This document shows, one piece after another, positions 45,898 to 55,664 of a stretch of DNA of 57,003 nucleotides. The notes under the pieces are model-generated. The model had not been told where the DNA came from. It was given only the letters and a program-made list of their open reading frames with translations, and searched no databases. The position numbers and the translations under genes were made by a program. Source of the DNA: Bacteroidales bacterium (lineage in GTDB: Bacteria > Bacteroidota > Bacteroidia > Bacteroidales > JAIPAH01); the NCBI GenBank assembly GCA_041694335.1, contig JASMTJ010000531.1:1-57003 (forward strand). Reading direction: 5' to 3'. Positions within the stretch are counted from its first letter, which is position 1. Every line of letters starts with the position of its first letter.

Positions 45898-47247
45898 CTA
45901 CAGCTTGCCTTCCTTCATCATTCGGTAGATGGTTGTTTTGCCAAGTCCAAGCTTATCGGCCACCAGCCTGACTTTATTGTCATATTTTTCCAGAAAATGT
46001 TTGATGATTAGTTGTTGATACTCGTCCATTGTCATCTCTTCTTTTAACAAATTATCCAGCGATGACTGGCCTGAGAACATGATGTCCTCTTCGGTAATTT
46101 CTTTGGTGGTAGACATGACCGCGGCCAAATCTGTAATGGCTTTCAATTCTCTGACGTTGCCCGGATAGTTGTATTCTTGTAGCTTTTTTATGGCTCCCCT
46201 GGAAAGGCTCAGTTTCGGAAGGTTGTTCTTTTTACAGAAATCGGCAATAAAGTGCTTTGCCAGAATGACCATATCCTCTTTTCTTTCGCGAAGTGGCGGA
46301 ATGTTTATTGGAAGCCCTTGCAAGCGATAAAATAAATCTTCTCTAAAGGTTCCGTTTTTTACCTCTTCTTCAAGATTTTTGTGTGTCGCCGAAATCACGC
46401 GCACATCCACCGATATCGTTTTGTTGCTTCCAATTCTCGAAAACTGCCCTTCCTGCAACACCCTGAGCAGTTTGGCCTGCATAGCGGGGTCCATATCGCC
46501 AATCTCATCCAAAAACAGCGTGCCTTTGTTCGCCTCCTCAAACTTACCTATCCGTGAGGAAACGGCGCCGGTGAATGCGCCTTTCTCATGACCAAAAAAC
46601 TCGCTTTCGATTAATTCAGAAGGGATAGCAGAAACGTTCACCGGAACGAATTTATGCTTTTTGCGTGGTGAGTTGAAATGAATAGATTTTGCAACCAGCT
46701 CTTTACCTGTTCCCGTTTCTCCATGAACTGTTACACTGATATTGGCCTTCACTGCTTTTTGCATCAACCTAAAAATCTGTTGGATTTGAGGGCTGGTTCC
46801 TTTGATTAGGTTTCCAAACTCGTACTTACGGTCCACCTCGGCTTCCAGATCATCAATGCGCTCTTCCAAATCATGCTTTTCTTTGATTTTTGCAGTGATA
46901 TTCCACAGCCTTTCTTTGGTGTCATCATCTTTTACTATATAGTCGTACACCCCTTTTTTAAACAGCGCAATAGCTGTGTTGATGTCTTGCTGACCCGAGA
47001 CGATGACAATTGGCAAGTCCTTGTCATAAGATTTTACCTTGTCGATTATCTCCATACCCGAAAGCCCCGGAAGGTTGTAATCAAGGCTGATCATATCCGG
47101 CTTTTTGTAAAGGCTACTCAAAAAATCTTTGCCGGTATGAAATACTTCTACCTGGAAATCGGGGTTGAGCGACAGATGATGCGACAACATCTTTGCGAAA
47201 ATCTTATCATCCTCAACGATGAATATTTTAAATGGTTTTTCTGCCAT
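45898..47247 (-). CDS. Sigma-54-dependent response regulator (REC + AAA+ with GAFTGA + Fis-type HTH)
   Basis: REC domain (IFIVEDD...MISLDYNLPG), Walker A GETGTGKE, GAFTGA loop EKGAFTGA, Walker B LFLDEIG, and the HTH ADKLGLGKTTIYRMMK. No adjacent histidine kinase. Confidence 0.9.
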   Translation of the reverse strand: MAEKPFKIFIVEDDKIFAKMLSHHLSLNPDFQVEVFHTGKDFLSSLYKKPDMISLDYNLPGLSGMEIIDKVKSYDKDLPIVIVSGQQDINTAIALFKKGVYDYIVKDDDTKERLWNITAKIKEKHDLEERIDDLEAEVDRKYEFGNLIKGTSPQIQQIFRLMQKAVKANISVTVHGETGTGKELVAKSIHFNSPRKKHKFVPVNVSAIPSELIESEFFGHEKGAFTGAVSSRIGKFEEANKGTLFLDEIGDMDPAMQAKLLRVLQEGQFSRIGSNKTISVDVRVISATHKNLEEEVKNGTFREDLFYRLQGLPINIPPLRERKEDMVILAKHFIADFCKKNNLPKLSLSRGAIKKLQEYNYPGNVRELKAITDLAAVMSTTKEITEEDIMFSGQSSLDNLLKEEMTMDEYQQLIIKHFLEKYDNKVRLVADKLGLGKTTIYRMMKEGKL

Positions 47248-47321
47248 AGGTCATGGGTATTTGGACTAAAATACAACTATTTAGTCCAGAATGCAAAAAA
47301 AATCTTAAAAACGGACAAAAT

Positions 47322-48299
47322 TTAATATTGGGAATTCTTTACTTCATTGAAAATGTGGTAAATATCTTCAATCTTTTCGGCCTGCATTAATTTGATTTTG
47401 TGATGTTTAAAGTTTCTGACTCCTTTAAAATACCCGGAATAATTTTTCCGCATTTCGATAATAGCTCCACGTTCACCTTTTATCTTGGTTTCTTCCAGAA
47501 GGTGTTCCAAGCATACCTCAATCCTGTTTTCAATCGAAGGGGAAGCTATCAATGTTCCTGTTTGCAGATAGTGTTTTACTTGCTTAAAAATCCATGGGTT
47601 TCCAATGGCTGCCCGGCCAATCATTAAAGCATCCGGATTGTATTTTTCCAGCAGTTCCTTGGCCTTCTCAGCTGAATCAATATCTCCGTTCCCGATAATT
47701 GGGATTTCAATATTCGGGTTTTGCTTAATTTTCCCGATAAGGGTCCAGTCGGCATTTCCTTTATAGAGCTGTGAACGTGTGCGGCCGTGAACGGTTAATG
47801 CCTTGATTCCTGTATCCTGAAGGGGCTCGGCTAGCTGGTCGATTATCTGCGAGTCATGATCCCAGCCCAGACGCGTTTTCACTGTCACCGGAGTGTTCAC
47901 AGCTTCAACGATTGCCCGGGTCATTTTCAGCATATAATCAGGGTTTTTCAACAGTGCAGCGCCCGCTCCTTTCTTCACTACTTTTTTTACAGGACAACCA
48001 AAGTTGAGGTCGATGACTTCGGGCGCTGCTTTTTCGGCATAGCGTGCTGCTCTGACCATACTTTCAATATCGTGACCGAAGATCTGAATACCAACAGGAC
48101 GCTCCTCCTCATCAATACCCAGCTTTTTAACACTTTTATCGGCATCCCTGATGAGTCCCTCGGATGAGATGAATTCGGTATAGACAAAATCCGCCCCAAA
48201 TCGCTTACATATTTTTCTGAATGGGCGATCAGTAATATCCTCCATCGGTGCCAACAAAAGTGGCGTGCCCTTTAGTTCTATGTTCCCTGTTTTTAGCAT
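47322..48299 (-). CDS. dusB: tRNA dihydrouridine synthase B
   Basis: LLAPMEDITDRPFR, DLNFGCPVKKV, TVHGRTR. The start could be 48314 or 48299. Confidence 0.88.
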   Translation of the reverse strand: MLKTGNIELKGTPLLLAPMEDITDRPFRKICKRFGADFVYTEFISSEGLIRDADKSVKKLGIDEEERPVGIQIFGHDIESMVRAARYAEKAAPEVIDLNFGCPVKKVVKKGAGAALLKNPDYMLKMTRAIVEAVNTPVTVKTRLGWDHDSQIIDQLAEPLQDTGIKALTVHGRTRSQLYKGNADWTLIGKIKQNPNIEIPIIGNGDIDSAEKAKELLEKYNPDALMIGRAAIGNPWIFKQVKHYLQTGTLIASPSIENRIEVCLEHLLEETKIKGERGAIIEMRKNYSGYFKGVRNFKHHKIKLMQAEKIEDIYHIFNEVKNSQY

Positions 48300-48404
48300 T
48301 TGGCAGAAATGCAAAATTAGGAAATCTTTTTTCGATGGAGGTTAGCCAAACCAGGATAAAGGAATAGTAGGTTGAACTTTTATTATTTTTACAAAAAAAA
48401 TTAT

Positions 48405-49334
48405 ATGAGCATCATTCCGGGCAAAAACAGCAAGCCTGTTGTACAGTTATTTTGGTTTTTTGTATTTGTTTTTACAGCCGCCTTGTTTACGTATCTTTTA
48501 GGCATGCTGTTGGCAATACCTTTGTTTTCTTCCTCGCTTGAAGGGATACAAAATCAATTAGGGCAACCACATTCCGGGGCGAACCTTAATCTCCTGTTAT
48601 ATTTTCAATTTATAAGTCAGGTAGGTATTTTTATTATTCCCCCACTGCTTTTCGGATGGTTTATCAAGAAAAACAACTTTTATTTCTTTCAGCTCGACCG
48701 CTGGCCACTGGCACGCTCAGTTTTTTATGTGTTTCTGATTGCTTTCACCATTCTACCATTGATAAATGTACTTGCTTTATGGAATCAGGAATTGCAACTG
48801 CCCGAAGCTTTCTCGCATTTACAGGACTGGATAGAATCAAGGGAGCTGGCAGCAAAAGAAGTAACTCAGCTTATTCTGGGCCGGACTTCTTATTCGGCGT
48901 TAGCTGTTAACCTGTTTGTGATTGCTGTGATACCAGCCATTGGAGAGGAGTTGTTTTTCAGGGGAGTTTTGCAAAAGACGTTTGCTGAATGGTTTAATAA
49001 CATTCATATATCCATTCTGGTTACCAGCATTTTATTTAGTGCATTGCACATGCAGTTTTTCGGATTCCTGCCCAGGTTGTTCCTCGGACTATTATTTGGA
49101 TATTACTTTTACTGGAGCCGCTCGATGTGGCTCCCGGTATTCGCCCATTTTGTGAATAATGGTGCAGCAGTGATTGTGGCCTTCCTGGCGGCACGCGGAC
49201 AAGTTGAAATGAATTATGAAGACTTTGGAAATTACAATCAGCAAATACCAATTATTGTATTAAACTCCTTGTTGAGTGTTGCCTTGTTGTTTTTTATTCA
49301 GAAGCTCGAAAAGAAAAGAACGCAAAGTCAATAA
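48405..49334 (+). CDS. CPBP family intramembrane glutamic endopeptidase (CAAX protease-like)
   Basis: Motifs GEELFFRG, FSALH and HFVNN within a polytopic membrane protein. Start set at the first ATG (MSIIPGK). Confidence 0.8.
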   Translation: MSIIPGKNSKPVVQLFWFFVFVFTAALFTYLLGMLLAIPLFSSSLEGIQNQLGQPHSGANLNLLLYFQFISQVGIFIIPPLLFGWFIKKNNFYFFQLDRWPLARSVFYVFLIAFTILPLINVLALWNQELQLPEAFSHLQDWIESRELAAKEVTQLILGRTSYSALAVNLFVIAVIPAIGEELFFRGVLQKTFAEWFNNIHISILVTSILFSALHMQFFGFLPRLFLGLLFGYYFYWSRSMWLPVFAHFVNNGAAVIVAFLAARGQVEMNYEDFGNYNQQIPIIVLNSLLSVALLFFIQKLEKKRTQSQ

Positions 49335-49364
49335 AAAAAGCCGGAATCGTACGATTCCGGCTTT
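49333..49364. terminator. Bidirectional terminator between the convergent CPBP and exbD genes
   Basis: A perfect 12-bp palindrome AGCCGGAATCGT/ACGATTCCGGCT is flanked by A7 on the left and TTT on the right. Confidence 0.75.
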
Positions 49365-49386
49365 CGTATGTATGCAGTGAAATCAA

Positions 49387-49857
49387 TTAATAATACTTGA
49401 TTTCGGCTACTTGTCGCGTAGAATAATTGATCTTAAAGGCACCTACTTTACGCAACTCCTGCTTCACGTCAGTAACCACACCCATTTTGGTATCTTGATC
49501 CACTTTCAGTGAAGTGGTCATAAACTGACGGTCTGCTTCATCAAGCTGCTCCTTTTCAGAGAGGATGAACTCACCAACATCTGCAACATTTGCAAAGCTG
49601 TCGTTGAGCTGTATACGGGCCTTCGAACCTAAAGATTCCTGCTTTGGAGGGCCAATGTTAATGTAGCTCACCAAAGACTTTTTCTCCAGCTTCTGTACTT
49701 CAGTAGCTCCCGGAACGCTTACTTTCACCAGAAGTGACTCAGTACGCATTACTGTGGAAACCATAAAGAAGAAAAGAAGCATAAAGATGATATCCGGCAA
49801 TGCCGCCGTACTCACCTGCGGAGTTCCTTTGTCTTTATCTTTTCTGAATTTTCCCAT
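49387..49857 (-). CDS. exbD: ExbD/TolR family biopolymer transport protein
   Basis: N-terminal TM with LPDIIFMLLFFFMV, typical of ExbD. 156 aa. Confidence 0.8.
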   Translation of the reverse strand: MGKFRKDKDKGTPQVSTAALPDIIFMLLFFFMVSTVMRTESLLVKVSVPGATEVQKLEKKSLVSYINIGPPKQESLGSKARIQLNDSFANVADVGEFILSEKEQLDEADRQFMTTSLKVDQDTKMGVVTDVKQELRKVGAFKINYSTRQVAEIKYY

Positions 49858-49858
49858 A

Positions 49859-50428
49859 TTAATCTCCTACATTTTCTGGTTCAGCTTCTGATATCGCAAC
49901 AGGTATTGCCTTATCAATTGCTTTAATGTACTCTTTTTTAGCTAGTTCATCATATTTGATGCCAAACTCCTGCTGAGCTAACTCGTTTTTGAGTTCCCTG
50001 AAAGCTGCAGCCAATTCGTTTTGCACCCTGATATACATATCATATGATGTACCACGGTCATTTTTCAGTGAGATAATCCCTTTCGAAACTGCGACTTCAC
50101 CAAGATATTCGATGGTTTCCATCCTTTTCTCAGGAAGGTTCTCATCGCCATATGGATTATTGATGAACTTCTTCACCCTTTCACGGAGATCTCTCAACTG
50201 ACCGGGCTCTCCTTCGATCAGGAGACGGTCGTTCTTGTTTACCAGAATGGTAAAGATGTTCCGCTCCTTGATGTCTGGTGGTTTAGCATCAGGATTAGGT
50301 GGCGGAGGTAAGCGTCTCACAATACCTTTATCAACGTCCATTGTGGTGGTAACGAGGAAAAAGATAAGCAACAAGAAGGCGATATCCGCCATTGAACCAC
50401 CGTTTATTTCTGGAACTTTTCTTGCCAT
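49859..50428 (-). CDS. exbD: ExbD/TolR family biopolymer transport protein (second paralog)
   Basis: MADIAFLLLIFFLVTTTM motif. 189 aa. Confidence 0.8.
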   Translation of the reverse strand: MARKVPEINGGSMADIAFLLLIFFLVTTTMDVDKGIVRRLPPPPNPDAKPPDIKERNIFTILVNKNDRLLIEGEPGQLRDLRERVKKFINNPYGDENLPEKRMETIEYLGEVAVSKGIISLKNDRGTSYDMYIRVQNELAAAFRELKNELAQQEFGIKYDELAKKEYIKAIDKAIPVAISEAEPENVGD

Positions 50429-50442
50429 GTTTATTTCCTTTC

Positions 50443-50898
50443 TTAACGTTTAAATAATCCGGCGATACTTGCGTAAATCGTCACAAGTATAGTCAATGCA
50501 CCTACAATGTATGTGTAATATAAGGCCGCACCCACTTGGCGCGATACCTCAGCTGTAGTGTCTAATTTCTGCAGTTGAGCTGCTCCGAATTGATTGTCGG
50601 CCATCGAATAGGTAACAACACCCAGAAGAACCAGCCCTGCAATGATAATGATAATTTTTACTGCATTTTTCGGGTTCATGGCCACGCTGAGTATCGAAAA
50701 CAGCACAGCAGCAACCACGGCGATCCCCAGAGCCACATACGCTGTGGTCATGAATGGGTCCAGAATCTGAGCCTGAAGGCCCAAATCGCCGGCGATTGTT
50801 TCATCCCCTTTTACCCAGACAAACACGATAAAAACTATCGCTAATGCCATGAGCAGGTATGATATCGCTTTTGCTATAAAATTAATTACTTTAACCAT
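50443..50898 (-). CDS. Hypothetical four-helix membrane protein inserted between exbB and exbD
   Basis: Four hydrophobic helices, no motif. Gaps of 6 and 14 nt to its neighbours. Confidence 0.5.
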   Translation of the reverse strand: MVKVINFIAKAISYLLMALAIVFIVFVWVKGDETIAGDLGLQAQILDPFMTTAYVALGIAVVAAVLFSILSVAMNPKNAVKIIIIIAGLVLLGVVTYSMADNQFGAAQLQKLDTTAEVSRQVGAALYYTYIVGALTILVTIYASIAGLFKR

Positions 50899-50904
50899 AA
50901 TGAA

Positions 50905-51750
50905 TTACTTGTTTTTTTGTTGATACTTGGTAAGAATATCCACGAAGGTAATTGAGCTGTCCTCCATGTCGTTTACAATACTGTCAATTTTTGCAAGACA
51001 ATAGTTGTAGAAAATCTGAAGGATAATACCTGTGATCAAACCAAATACTGTAGTAAGAAGGGCTACCTGGATACCAGAAGCAACAACGGTTGGAGAAATG
51101 TCACCTGCTGCAGCGATATCTTCAAACGCGCCAATCATACCAATTACCGTACCCATGAAACCGAGCATAGGGGCAATGGCGATAAACAATGAAATCCATG
51201 ACAGGCCTTTTTCAAGACGGCCAGTCATTACTCCACCGTAAGAAATAATTGATTTCTCAACAACGTCAATGCCTTCTTCATACTTATCCAATCCCTGGAA
51301 GAAGATGCTGGCTACCGGTCCGCGAGTGTTTTTGCAAATTTCTTTTGCCCCGTCGATACCTTCAGTATCCAACGCAGTTTCTACTTTGTTGAGTAATTTT
51401 TCTGTGTTGCTGGTTGACAGGTTGAGGTAAATGATACGCTCAATTGAAAGGGCCAGACCCAAAATTAAAGTTACCAGTACGATACCCATAAAACCGGCAC
51501 CACCCTTAATGAACTGTTCTTTAAGAATCTGGTGGAATCCCTGTGGGCCTTCGGCTTCATCAGTACCGGCGTCAGCTGGTGCTGGTTCTGTTGCTGCGGC
51601 GTCTTCAGTCAGTGAATCGCTTTCCATGGCTGTTGTATCTGTAGCCATCTCAGTCTGTTCACCTTCCTGGTCTTGTTGCGCAACGGCTATATTCCCAAGA
51701 CCGATTGTTAGCATACCTGCTATCGTCAAAAAAGCAATTAGTTTTTTCAT
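50905..51750 (-). CDS. exbB: MotA/TolQ/ExbB proton-channel protein with a signal peptide and an acidic N-terminal extension
   Basis: C-terminal core IAIAPMLGFMGTVIGMIGAF...ALLTTVFGL. N-terminal acidic low-complexity region (QDQEGEQTEMATDTTAMESD...). Confidence 0.85.
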   Translation of the reverse strand: MKKLIAFLTIAGMLTIGLGNIAVAQQDQEGEQTEMATDTTAMESDSLTEDAAATEPAPADAGTDEAEGPQGFHQILKEQFIKGGAGFMGIVLVTLILGLALSIERIIYLNLSTSNTEKLLNKVETALDTEGIDGAKEICKNTRGPVASIFFQGLDKYEEGIDVVEKSIISYGGVMTGRLEKGLSWISLFIAIAPMLGFMGTVIGMIGAFEDIAAAGDISPTVVASGIQVALLTTVFGLITGIILQIFYNYCLAKIDSIVNDMEDSSITFVDILTKYQQKNK

Positions 51751-51829
51751 AGTTAACTCTTATTGATTTGATATTTACTAAACTGTATTATTAATTGATT
51801 TATTTTACTATTTGTTTTTAAATTTCCGG

Positions 51830-51917
51830 CGGAGAGAGAGGGATTCGAACCCTCGATACCCGGTTAGGGTATACACGCTTTCCAGGCGTGCCTCTTCAGC
51901 CACTCGAGCACCTCTCC
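51830..51917 (-). tRNA. tRNA-Ser (anticodon GGA), long variable arm, CCA not encoded
   Basis: Minus strand GGAGAGGTGCTCGAGTGGCTGAAGAGGCACGCCTGGAAAGCGTGTATACCCTAACCGGGTATCGAGGGTTCGAATCCCTCTCTCTCCG. Anticodon loop CTGGAAA. Confidence 0.9.
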
Positions 51918-52144
51918 CGAAAACCTGCGCTAATACAGGCTCTTACTTCTCCAAAATAGGCAGCTAAAATACAAAAAATACTGTAAAGTGAAAACTGCTC
52001 CTTTATTTATCAGTAATCTTTTAAGGTTCTAAATAATAAAGAATTAAAATGATTTACTTGACATTGAATTGTTTTTTTCCTTACGGGTTTACAAAAAATT
52101 CACTTTCGCATAAAACGTTCTGCAAAGCCTGTATATTATTGATA

Positions 52145-53188
52145 CTAGGTATTTACTGAAAGTTCGCCCCTTAACGACGTAACCATAAGGTTTTTCTGTT
52201 TTTCGAGCGAATACCCTCTGCCAATCAGGTACATCATCTTGGCAATGGCGGCTTCAGTGGTCATATCGTATCCGGGTATCACACCTGCCTCATAAAGCGG
52301 CAAACTAGTGGCATACTTGCCGGCCACTACCGCGCCTGCTTCACATTGAGTGATGTTCACAATCAGGATTCCACGCTTTGCAGCATCAGAGATTTCCTTT
52401 ACAAACCATACCTTGTCAGGAGCATTGCCCGAGCCATAAGTCTCAAGAATTACTCCTTTTAATCCAGGGGCATTAAGCATCGCGTGAAGCGTATTCTTGT
52501 TAAGTCCGGGAAACAGCTTGATGACAATTATATTGTTGTCAAGGGCCTTGTGAACTTTGATTTTTTTAAAATTGGGCTTCAGTATGTAATTCTGATTGTA
52601 TTTAATGTGTACGCCGATATTGGCTAAAGCCGGATGGTTTTCAGAGCGGAATGCATTAAAATCTTCGGCATTAGCTTTGTGAGTGCGGTTTCCGCGATAC
52701 AGCTTGTTTTCAAAATAGATGGCTACCTCCGGAACCATTGGCGTGCCGTCTTCTTGTGCCGATGCTATTTCGATGGCGTTAATGAAATTCTCGCGCCCGT
52801 CAGACCGAAGAACACCCAAGGGTAATTGAGCACCTGTAAGAATCACCGGTTTATTCAGGTTTTCGAGCATAAAACTCAGAAAAGAAGCTGTGTATGCCAT
52901 GGTATCTGAGCCATGAAGCACCACGAACCCATCGTAAGATTCATAGTTTTTCCCAATAAGCCTGGCAAGTTCAATAATGAAATCCGGATCAATCCCCGAT
53001 GAATCAACCAGGGGATCGAAAGAGACGGAATCAATCCTGAACGGATAACTCTCAAGCACAGGAATATGCTTATACAGGTTTTCTATATCGAATGGCTTTA
53101 GAGCCCCTGTCTGTGGGTCCTGCACCATTCCTATTGTGCCGCCGGTGTATATAATGAGTAGTGAAATTTCAGATTCTTTTAAAGTCAT
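52145..53188 (-). CDS. ansA: Type I (cytoplasmic) L-asparaginase
   Basis: Catalytic Thr motif LLIIYTGGTIGM and VVLHGSDTM. 347 aa. Confidence 0.88.
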   Translation of the reverse strand: MTLKESEISLLIIYTGGTIGMVQDPQTGALKPFDIENLYKHIPVLESYPFRIDSVSFDPLVDSSGIDPDFIIELARLIGKNYESYDGFVVLHGSDTMAYTASFLSFMLENLNKPVILTGAQLPLGVLRSDGRENFINAIEIASAQEDGTPMVPEVAIYFENKLYRGNRTHKANAEDFNAFRSENHPALANIGVHIKYNQNYILKPNFKKIKVHKALDNNIIVIKLFPGLNKNTLHAMLNAPGLKGVILETYGSGNAPDKVWFVKEISDAAKRGILIVNITQCEAGAVVAGKYATSLPLYEAGVIPGYDMTTEAAIAKMMYLIGRGYSLEKQKNLMVTSLRGELSVNT

Positions 53189-53964
53189 TTCAAATCCAGA
53201 TTAAAAAGTTCAACAGCATTTTTGGTGGTTGCTTCTGCAATATCCTCAACAGGAAGGCCTTTGGTTTCGGCCAGCTTTTGAGCTACCAGCGAAACATAAC
53301 TGCTCTCGTTACGCTTGCCGCGATGCGGTGCCGGTGCCAGGTAAGGCGAGTCGGTTTCAAGAATCAAATGCTCCAGGCTGATGTCCTTCACCACTTCATC
53401 AAGCTTCGAGTTCTTAAAAGTAAGCACTCCGCCAATTCCCATTTTAAAACCGCCGTAATCAATAATTTTCCTGGCATCCTCTGCTGTTCCTGTAAAGCAA
53501 TGAAAAACACCACGAAGTTGTTTGCAATTCATGTCGTCTACCACCTCAAATATTTCTTTGAAAGAGTCGCGTGCATGAATAACAATAGGTAGCTTCCGAT
53601 CTATAGCCCAGCCAATTTGTGTGCGAAAAGCGTCTGCCTGCTCGGCCTGGTAGGTTTTGTCCCAATAAAGATCAATGCCAATTTCACCGATGGCAACATA
53701 TTGATTGTTGTCCAGGTGTTCTTTAATTTTCTTCAGCTCCGATGAGTACTCTTTATCCACTGACGTGGGATGAAGCCCCATCATTGGGTAACAAAAATCC
53801 GGAAATTCATTGCAGGTATTCTTAAGTCTGGCGACCGATGAGCTGTCGATGTTAGGGAGCAGCATTTTTTTAACACCCACATTTTCGGCACGTTGAAAAA
53901 CTTCTTCACGGTCTTCGTCAAATTCTTTGAGATATAAGTGTGTATGCGTGTCAATCAATGTCAT
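53185..53964 (-). CDS. tatD: TatD family metal-dependent hydrolase/DNase
   Basis: Start trimmed to MTLIDTHTHL. Motifs GEIGIDLYW, IHARD, LETDSPYL. 4-nt overlap with ansA. Confidence 0.85.
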   Translation of the reverse strand: MTLIDTHTHLYLKEFDEDREEVFQRAENVGVKKMLLPNIDSSSVARLKNTCNEFPDFCYPMMGLHPTSVDKEYSSELKKIKEHLDNNQYVAIGEIGIDLYWDKTYQAEQADAFRTQIGWAIDRKLPIVIHARDSFKEIFEVVDDMNCKQLRGVFHCFTGTAEDARKIIDYGGFKMGIGGVLTFKNSKLDEVVKDISLEHLILETDSPYLAPAPHRGKRNESSYVSLVAQKLAETKGLPVEDIAEATTKNAVELFNLDLK

Positions 53965-54030
53965 GGCGCAAAAGTAAAAAAAAGAGCTCTCCAAAAATTC
54001 AGAAAGCGAAGCTTGCAGTGCTACATTTTA

Positions 54031-54038
54031 TATTTTTG
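54031..54038 (+). promoter_or_regulatory. -7 box TATTTTTG for the GT9 gene
   Basis: Plus strand, 15 nt upstream of the TTG start at 54053. Confidence 0.45.
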
Positions 54039-54052
54039 CACAAAATTCGGGT

Positions 54053-55051
54053 TTGGAAAAAATTCTCATTATCAGGTTTAGCTCGATTGGCGATATTGTG
54101 CTTACCTCACCGGTTATAAGAACGGTGAAGCAACAGCGCAATGCTGAGGTTCATTATTTGACGAAAAAGTCTTTTGAACCTTTGCTCAGGGCAAACCCCT
54201 ACATTGACAGAATCCATACGATAGAGAAAAATGTATCGGAAGTGATGGAAGCCTTGAAAGCCGTCGACTTCGATTTGGTCATAGATTTGCATAAAAACCT
54301 CCGCTCTTCACAGGCACGAATTCTGTTAAAGAAACCTTCCGTCACTTTTTCGAAGGTCAATTTTCAGAAATGGCTTTATGTGACCGCCAAAATCGACAGG
54401 CTTCCGCGGAAACATATAGTGGACAGGTATTTTGATGCACTAAAGCCGCTTGGAATTGAAAATGATGGCAAGGGCCTTGATTATTTTATTCCCGAAAAAG
54501 ATGAAGTTTCTTATGATGATTTGCCAGACTTTTTGCAGGAAGCTTTTGTAGGAATTGTGGTAGGAGGAAAGCATAACACTAAGATTTATCCGGCTGAAAA
54601 GGTTGCTAATCTGTGTAAAGAGATTAAGGTCCCGGTGATTTTACTTGGTGGACCTGAAGATAAGGAAAGAGCTGAGCAGATCAGGCAGGGGCTCTCAGAT
54701 ATAGTTTTTAACGGATGTGGTGAGTTCAATATCAACCAGTCAGCTTCCATTATCCGAAAAGCAGGCATTATCATCAGCAATGACACAGGATTAATGCATA
54801 TAGCTGCTGCACTTAAGAAAAAAATAGTGGCGCTGTGGGGCAATACTGTGCCTGAGTTTGGGATGTATCCCTATTATCCTGATGACATGACAGGGCACTC
54901 AGTCAACCTTGAAGTGGAAGGCTTATCATGCCGCCCGTGCAGTAAGCTGGGATACGAAAAATGCCCCAAAGGGCATTTTAATTGTATGTATGAAATTGAC
55001 GAGCAGGAGGTGCTTTCGGCTGTTAAAACTTTACAAAAGGATTATTCATAA
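54053..55051 (+). CDS. Glycosyltransferase family 9 (heptosyltransferase-like)
   Basis: KILIIRFSSIGDIVLTSPVIR N-terminus and NDTGLMHIAAAL. Apparent TTG start. Confidence 0.8.
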   Translation: MEKILIIRFSSIGDIVLTSPVIRTVKQQRNAEVHYLTKKSFEPLLRANPYIDRIHTIEKNVSEVMEALKAVDFDLVIDLHKNLRSSQARILLKKPSVTFSKVNFQKWLYVTAKIDRLPRKHIVDRYFDALKPLGIENDGKGLDYFIPEKDEVSYDDLPDFLQEAFVGIVVGGKHNTKIYPAEKVANLCKEIKVPVILLGGPEDKERAEQIRQGLSDIVFNGCGEFNINQSASIIRKAGIIISNDTGLMHIAAALKKKIVALWGNTVPEFGMYPYYPDDMTGHSVNLEVEGLSCRPCSKLGYEKCPKGHFNCMYEIDEQEVLSAVKTLQKDYS

Positions 55052-55664
55052 CCTCTTCGCCAATAGTTGTGTTCGGGCCATGGCCCGGGTAAACCAGTGT
55101 TTCGTCAGGAAGTGTAAACAATTTCTTTTTGATGTTTTCATTTAAAAGATCATAATCGCCGGTCGGTAAATCTGTGCGGCCAATGCTGTCGTGGAAAAGA
55201 ACATCTCCTACAATGATCATTTTCTGTTCGGGGTTATGAAGACAAATGCTTCCGTCGGCATGTCCCGGAGTATGTAAAACCTCAAGCAAACTGTTGCCGA
55301 ATGTTATTTTATCACCTTCATCAATGTATCTGTCAGGATAAACGGTCTCCGAAAAATCAAAACCAAACATTTGAGCAGAGGCTGGTGCGGTTCTGATAAA
55401 CTGTTCACCATCTTTATGAGCTAGCAAAGGAGCGTTAAAAGTACTTTTTGCAAAGCCATTGCCAAGTATATGGTCAACATGATTGTGGGTGTTTATGATA
55501 CTTTTGACAATCAGGTTGTTAAGTTTTATAAAAGCATGAAGTTCTTCTTGCTCGTTTTGATCCTGGCAGGCAACGTCAATCAGAATACACTCTTTGGTTT
55601 CGTCATACAACAAATAGGTGTTAACCTGAAAACTATTGAAGGTAAATTTCTCTATGGTTATCAT
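55023..55664 (-). CDS. MBL-fold metallo-hydrolase (glyoxalase II-like)
   Basis: HNHVDHILG (HxHxDH), HTPGHADGS, GDVLF..S.GRTD. The start could be 55664 or 55682. The 3' end overlaps the convergent GT9 gene by 29 nt. Confidence 0.8.
   Translation of the reverse strand: MITIEKFTFNSFQVNTYLLYDETKECILIDVACQDQNEQEELHAFIKLNNLIVKSIINTHNHVDHILGNGFAKSTFNAPLLAHKDGEQFIRTAPASAQMFGFDFSETVYPDRYIDEGDKITFGNSLLEVLHTPGHADGSICLHNPEQKMIIVGDVLFHDSIGRTDLPTGDYDLLNENIKKKLFTLPDETLVYPGHGPNTTIGEEVMNNPFVKF

Noticed and set aside
48301-48313. TGGCAGAAATGCA near the dusB start
   Set aside because: The spacing between the GG and GC dinucleotides is about 3 nt too short for a -24/-12 promoter, and the site is on the wrong strand for any downstream gene.
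55023-55051. 29-bp overlap of the convergent GT9 and MBL hydrolase 3' ends as a sign of mis-assembly or frameshift
   Set aside because: Both proteins read through to family-typical C-termini. Short convergent overlaps are common and need no special explanation.
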